Shown in pieces: positions 57,733-64,000 of a stretch of DNA of 64,000 nucleotides; the stretch's first letter is position 1; each line of letters starts with the position of its first letter. Made by a program: the position numbers and the translations under genes. Source of the stretch: Mustelus asterias (Eukaryota); assembly GCF_964213995.1 (NCBI RefSeq), contig NW_027590164.1:1-64000 (forward strand). The letters run 5' to 3'. Below the pieces are notes generated by a model. That model made no database searches. It saw nothing but the letters and a program-made list of their open reading frames with translations, and was not told the origin of the DNA.

Positions 57733-59887
57733 AGGGCAGGGAACAGGCTACAGATGAATTAAAGAGAAACCATTTGGGTCCAAAACATTGTGAACATCCT
57801 TTTACTCTGGTTGTCTTTGATCCTCAAGTCACTTTCTGTTTGTTTTAACCATGTTCTGTTTCATTAATAAACTTTCATCAGTAAAAATATTTGATTGTTG
57901 TGGACTTTTCCTGATGAGATTGATGCACTTTAGGGAAAGTGGGTGAGAGGGGTTGGCAGGCTCTTTAACAGAAAGTGAGTCCCTCTAAGGTAATTGGCAA
58001 AGGAGCCAGAGGGGGAGATGAGATTTTATTTTTGACACAGCGATGTTAGAAAATGGGGTTCAGGGAATCAATTAACCCTTTCTCCCCTTTTCCCAAACTC
58101 TGAAATGATTCACGGTGATAACCCTTATTGGTGACAGTGGTTAGATTTTATTCAGTATCAATAAGAGCTGACACAGTCTAATGTCTGAGCAGTCGTATCA
58201 AAGTGCAGCAGCATTACCATTACACTCTGGGTAGAAGCAGCATCTCCACGGAAATGCTCCCTGCTCTGCCCCAGATGCCATGGCACCAGTCAATGCAATA
58301 TGTAAAACCTCGACAAATCTCTGTTCTCGGGGAATCCCTTCTTATACTTTTTTACATCACAAAGTCTATGGAGACTGATTTAACCCAATCATTGCAAAGC
58401 TAACATTTGAACGGACCAATTACAAAACCCGTCATTGAACCATCTGTACTTGCACAAGCCATGTCAAACTCTCAAACTCTCAAACAATTGTCTTCCCACT
58501 GGTACAGGGAGTCAGCATTCCCATGCCAAGCAGTGAAAACATGGTGGCCTTCACACCCAGGTGTCATCTAGGACTCAAGGCCCTCCTGTTTTCTCTGTCC
58601 TCTGGGAGCTGTTTATCTCCCTGTTCCCACACAGCAAGTTGTCTGTTCTCAGCTCTGCTGGATTTCTGCTGAAGTTTGGCCCCTTTTACACCTTTCGGAT
58701 CAGTAAACATTTGGTCAATGACCCAAACCACAATTTCCCATCCTGTCACCTGTCAACCATCCTTACCCCGAGCGTAATCACAACAGGAATAAAAACAGGA
58801 GAAGTGTAACAATCAAATTCAAACTGAATGCACAGCCAGTCATAGAATTTAATTTAATGTTCACTAATTCGCAAGAAAACCCAAAGTTGGGGGTCCCCCA
58901 GGATTCTTACAGTCCATACCTTGAGGGGGGAGGAGAACTCTCTCTCTGATCCTCACTCAATTTCACTGTTATTTTCCAGTTCTCTTCTGGTCCCACCTGG
59001 GGTAACATCGACTCGATCTTGTCCTCTCCTGAAGGAGCACCGTGAGTTTTAGGTTACTCGTACATAAGGACAGATGCTTCAAGCAACAGATCAAGCATGG
59101 ATGTAAAAGATTCTCTAGCTCTCTCTTTACCCGTATCCAAATTGTGGACAGTTCTTATTCAGTATTATTTCTCCCAAGCGGTTAATTGTCCCAATCTATA
59201 ATATTCATTTTACTTTAATTTCACTCACTTTCTGTCCATGTGTATTGTGTTTAATTGGACCCTGATTGTTTTGAACTCAGTTTCTCTCTGGAGTGTGTGT
59301 CAGTGCCTTGATGATGTCCCAATGTTGTCTCAATCCCCTGGCCACATTAACCATTTCATCTCCTGCAGTGTCTCAAGTAGCTGTGTGTGTTTGGGACCCG
59401 CTCTTCACTCCATCTCACCATGAATTTAGGCTTGCTATTTTTCACATGTAACAAATCACATCTGTCCACTCACTCCGGTGTCCCAAAATCATGTCACACA
59501 TTCTTAACTCTCAGATGCGCGGATGAAAAGATCAAAGTGAGTGTCTGTCTTTCTTATCTCCCCCTGTTATGGTGCTGATGTTTCATGCAGTGACCAGGCT
59601 TTCAAATGTAGATTTCTTTAAAACAAAGTTCATGAACAAAGATGTAAATATCTCCCAGAGAAAGTGATCAATTTATTCATCCCAGCTACACATTCCAGCC
59701 TTTCACGAGACTGTAGGTGGATACCAGATTGATATATTTTATTCAACCACACCCAAGGTGAGTTATTCCAATTTCTTTATTGTCCAGGACAATATATTCA
59801 CAATATTTTTAAAACAGGAATTAAACATTCCCATTTGATTTCAGGTATTAACATATTCTGTTAGTTTGTTCTTTATTGTCGATGTCA

Positions 59888-60190
59888 GGCTGGGGTTGTT
59901 CCCCTTGGAGCAAAGGAGGTTGAGGGGAGATTTGATAGAGGTGGACAAGATTCTGACAGGTTTAGATAAGGTGGACAAAGAAAAGCTGTTCCCATTAGCT
60001 GATTGGACAAGGATGAGGGGGGTCACAGATTTAAGGTTTTGGGTCAGGGATGCGGGGCGGGGGGGGGGGAATGTGAGGAAGAATATTTTGATGCAGTGAA
60101 TGGTAATGACCTGGAACTCGCTGCCTCCGAGGGTGGAGGAAGTGGAGACAAAAAACAATTACAAAGGAAATTGGATGGGCATTTGGGGGG
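59888..60190 (+). mobile_element. CR1 3' fragment
   Basis: LGLFPLEQRRLRGDLIEV. Confidence 0.8.
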
Positions 60191-60237
60191 TTTTGGACAA
60201 AAATGCTGACTAAAGATCTCTGAACTTCCTCACACCG

Positions 60238-60451
60238 TCACTCTGTGATCCTTGTGAAATCTGAAACCAGGTATTCGCAACAAGACTCAAAGAGCATCAG
60301 CCCACTGGAGGCAAAGTCATGAGACCGGCCAGTCCAGCAGAAAGAAACCCTCCGACCCTCCTCATTGACTAACTGTGAGAATGAACAAAATGTAATCCTG
60401 GATGTAATTGAGAGCAGAAACAATAACAGCAGAATCCAACCCGTGTGATCA
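60238..60451 (-). pseudogene. Orphan ZNF 3'UTR with its stop codon (homologous to 3355-3561)
   Basis: Aligns by eye with the ZNF-A 3'UTR; 'tca' at 60449-60451 is at the stop-codon position. Confidence 0.8.
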
Positions 60452-60807
<356 letters not shown>

Positions 60808-61139
60808 TGACAGGGGTTGGATTCTGCTGTTCTTGCTGCTGTTAATCACATCCAGGACGAAACCATGTTCATTCTGACGGTGGATGAAGTGGGAGGGTCA
60901 GAGGGTTTCTTTCTGCTGGACTGGCCGGTCTCACAACTTTGCTTCTAGTTCTCTGATGCTCTTTGAGCCTGGGAGAGCACATTTCCACTGAAAGGACATT
61001 TATTTTATCCTGGATAGTAAATAGTGTTTTTCCTACCACTACAGGTAGATCTAAAATAAATACAGAAAGAGCTGGAAAAACACAACACGTCTTGCAGCAT
61101 CTGTGGAGAGAGAAACAGTGTTAATGTTTCACACTACTG

Positions 61140-61322
61140 GATTGGGAATCAATCTTGTGAACCTCCTCTGAACTGCTTCCAATGCATTTATGTCCTTTGT
61201 TTAATAGGAGACAAAATTGTACCCTGTGTTCAAGGTGCAATCTCAGCAACACCCTGCACAACTGGAGCATAACATCTTTACTTCTATGTTCAATTTCTCT
61301 CAGAATAAAGGATAACATTCCA
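61140..61322 (-). mobile_element. CR1 fragment
   Basis: SKDVMLQLCRVLLRLHLEHRVQF. Confidence 0.65.
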
Positions 61323-61643
61323 TTTATAAGAACTTTGATTTGTTTGAACTAAGATTTATGGGGGTTCTCTTGTTTACAATAACTTCCCTCATCGTAAATC
61401 ACACCAGGTTCCAGTGTCTTAACCATATGGCAAGAAAGGATATTTTAAACGGTGAATTCAGAAAGTTTATGAACCATTAAAAATGTAACAAGTCAGAAAG
61501 ATAAAAAAGCAAAGTATGGATCAACAGTAAAAGGAGGAAAGCTGAACTTTAACTTCTCCATCCTTCTCAAACCAGGACATGAAGTGATGGCTCTGAAAAC
61601 GTGGATAACTTGTAAAACTAACAGCTCCCAACGTCTCTCTGTA

Positions 61644-61928
61644 GGGCACAGTGTGAGGCACTGCTGCCTCACAGCAGAGGGTTCGAGTCCCGGCTTGGGT
61701 CACTGGCTGTGCGGAGTTTGCCCATTCTCCCCGTGTCTGTGTAGGTTTCCTCCGGGTGCTCCGGTTTCCTCCCACAGTCCGAAAGACGTGCTGGTTGGGT
61801 ACATTGGCCATGCTAAATTCTCCCTCAGTTTACCCAAACAGGCGCCAGAGTGTGGCGACTGGGGGATTTTCAGAGTAACTTCATTGCAATGTTAATGTAA
61901 GTCTATGTGTGACACTAATAAACAAACT
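61644..61928 (+). mobile_element. V-SINE (variant tail)
   Basis: B-box 'gggttcgagtccc', V-domain, tail as in 19826-20107. Confidence 0.8.
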
Positions 61929-62589
61929 ATAAAAAAAGTTAACTTTAAAAAACTTTTACCAAATTGGTTTCTCGAATCCCTTTTTTATACTTTAAAAATG
62001 TAGAAAGCCCAGCTCAGCCAATTGTTAGGAATTAGCCATAACTTGTCAATAATGAAATTGATTTGGTTTTTAGCTAATTGCACACATTGTCTTAATTTTA
62101 AGACATATCTTTCTCTCAAACGATATCTCTTAGCTTGGGGTAGCCTGATAATTGGGTCGACCGATAATTGGTTCACATCAGTCATTCGATGTTGAGACAT
62201 CTTGAACAGGAGCCGATTCATTCCCTCCAGTCAAGGTTAACAAGTCCTTTCATCTTTTTTTATTCTGTCAGCATGGGAAGGGAACATCTGATAATTCCCA
62301 CAGCATTTTAACCATTCTTAATGTGTTTATAATTCTAAAAGTTATAAACTTGTGTTCAAATTTATATTTCCAGCCTTTATAACATATGTATCAATGAATC
62401 ATTTATTATTTAATTGTCTCACAATTAATGCTGTCTATTTAACTAATCTGGCTGCTTTCCAATTGTGGGAACTTCAGGCCACAAAAAAGGTAGTTAGAGT
62501 CATAGAGGTTTACAGCATGGAAACAGGCCCTTCGGCCCAACTTGTCCATGTCGCACAGTTTTTACCACTAAGCTAGTCCTAATTGCCCT

Positions 62590-62745
62590 GTAATATTACT
62601 CATGATCTGTGCTTCCAAGCATTTTGAATGTGCATCTACAACAAGCAAACACATGTGATTCATGAAAGGCCCCCCAAGGGCCACATGTAGTCTGGACCAC
62701 GGCCTATCAGGCCACTCCCGAGGATGAAGTGGTAATGTACCCAGT
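62590..62745 (-). mobile_element. Ty3/Gypsy integrase fragment
   Basis: PLHPREWPDRPWSRLHVALGGPF..LLVVDAHSKCLE matches the Gypsy integrase core N-terminus. Confidence 0.75.
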
Positions 62746-64000
62746 GTGTTGGGGGGGAATGAACTCAGAAGAATCATTCAACACTCAAACCTGATTCAAT
62801 CGACAAACAGTTTATTGAGTTAGGCCAGCGGGGAGAAGCCACAGAGGCTGACCATGTGTAACTCCACCCAACAAAAAAAATCATCAATTCTTATCCAGTT
62901 ACTCAGCCCATCCCGGCTGGACACAATCCAATCAGAATGGTTATAGATTACATACATTACATATAGGTGCAATTAAATTAGTATCTGGGCATCATGGGGC
63001 TTTGTGATCATCTCATGGACAGATAGGTGCCCCCATCATGATGTTTTCCAGACCCCCTTATCTACCATCCTTGGCGTTTTCTTTGTACATAGACTCAGTT
63101 TGAAAAGGGGTGGATTAAAAGTTCTCAAATGGATGTCAGCAACCTTCCTTTGTTTTAATCTAATGACCACACGGTCTGGGAATCATTTCTATTTAATAAT
63201 CTCTCCTTTTAAACTCTGTTCTTCGGTATCCAATTCCAGAATTTTCCTTTTCATTGTGTTAATTGTGTCAGGAATAAATCTTTGGACCTGACAGGAAGTT
63301 TAACCCAAGATCAATCCAACACAGGATTGGTCAGAGTCGTTTCATATGTACCAAATTTTAAATAACCATTATAAATTAAAACTCTCATTCTCACATGTGA
63401 GTTTTATCCGGATTAAAATTCCTGCATGTTTAGAGAAATATCCTGGAAAGATGTCTCTGTCCAGTAAATATGGCTCCAAGTTCATAACTTTTGAAAAAAA
63501 ACATTTTATGAATTACACTTCCTTTTTTAAATGTTTGATTTAAATCACAGACAGAAAAACTCAAAGCCTGAAGCGTTCAATCCACAAATATCATCCACAC
63601 ACAAACAGAGAAACTTAGCATGTGCTTTACAACAACAATAACCAAAATTAATTACTTAAGCATTCTTGTAATTCTGTTTTTAAACTTCCAAAAATGCCTT
63701 TAATTAAAGACTCATGGTAAGGTTAATTCCCCAGAAAGATAAACCTTAACAAATGTAGCCCAAAACAATGATAAAACACATCGACAAACATCCACATAAA
63801 ACAAACAAAACACAGATTCTCACAGCTCGTAAATTTCAAACAATGAATCCTCAGCATTCTCTCTCGCAGCTATAGCTTCTTAAAGTGACAGAGCACTACA
63901 AGCTCACAACTCCTTGATTAAAATAAGATACAAGATCCTTCATTATAACTTAACCTTTTTTAAGCCAACTTCCAAAGCCTGACTTTACAGGCAACATCTA

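Overview
Vertebrate genomic DNA, most likely from a shark or other cartilaginous fish. This is inferred from the repeats: HE1/V-SINE-type tRNA SINEs with CR1/HER1-type tails, a Deu-domain SINE, and abundant CR1, L2 and Penelope fragments. The window is a TE-saturated cluster of paralogous tandem C2H2 zinc-finger genes on both strands. It holds five long open finger arrays, two frameshifted ones, one truncated one and several remnants. No KRAB, SCAN, BTB or SET domain is recognisable. The genes share a duplicated CpG-rich promoter module (NRF1, CCAAT, GC-box and YY1 motifs, probably bidirectional) and a paralogous ~110-nt leader after the last splice acceptor. One subfamily starts at an ATG created inside a finger linker (TGEKP to TMEKP). 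The window also contains a near full-length, frameshifted Tx1 non-LTR retrotransposon headed by U2 snRNA nt ~1-33 but sitting outside a U2 gene. There are several Penelope inserts with TSDs, fold-back structure and minimal hammerhead-ribozyme motifs, nested LINE/SINE stacks and four tandem-repeat arrays. TE boundaries are approximate and were read by eye.
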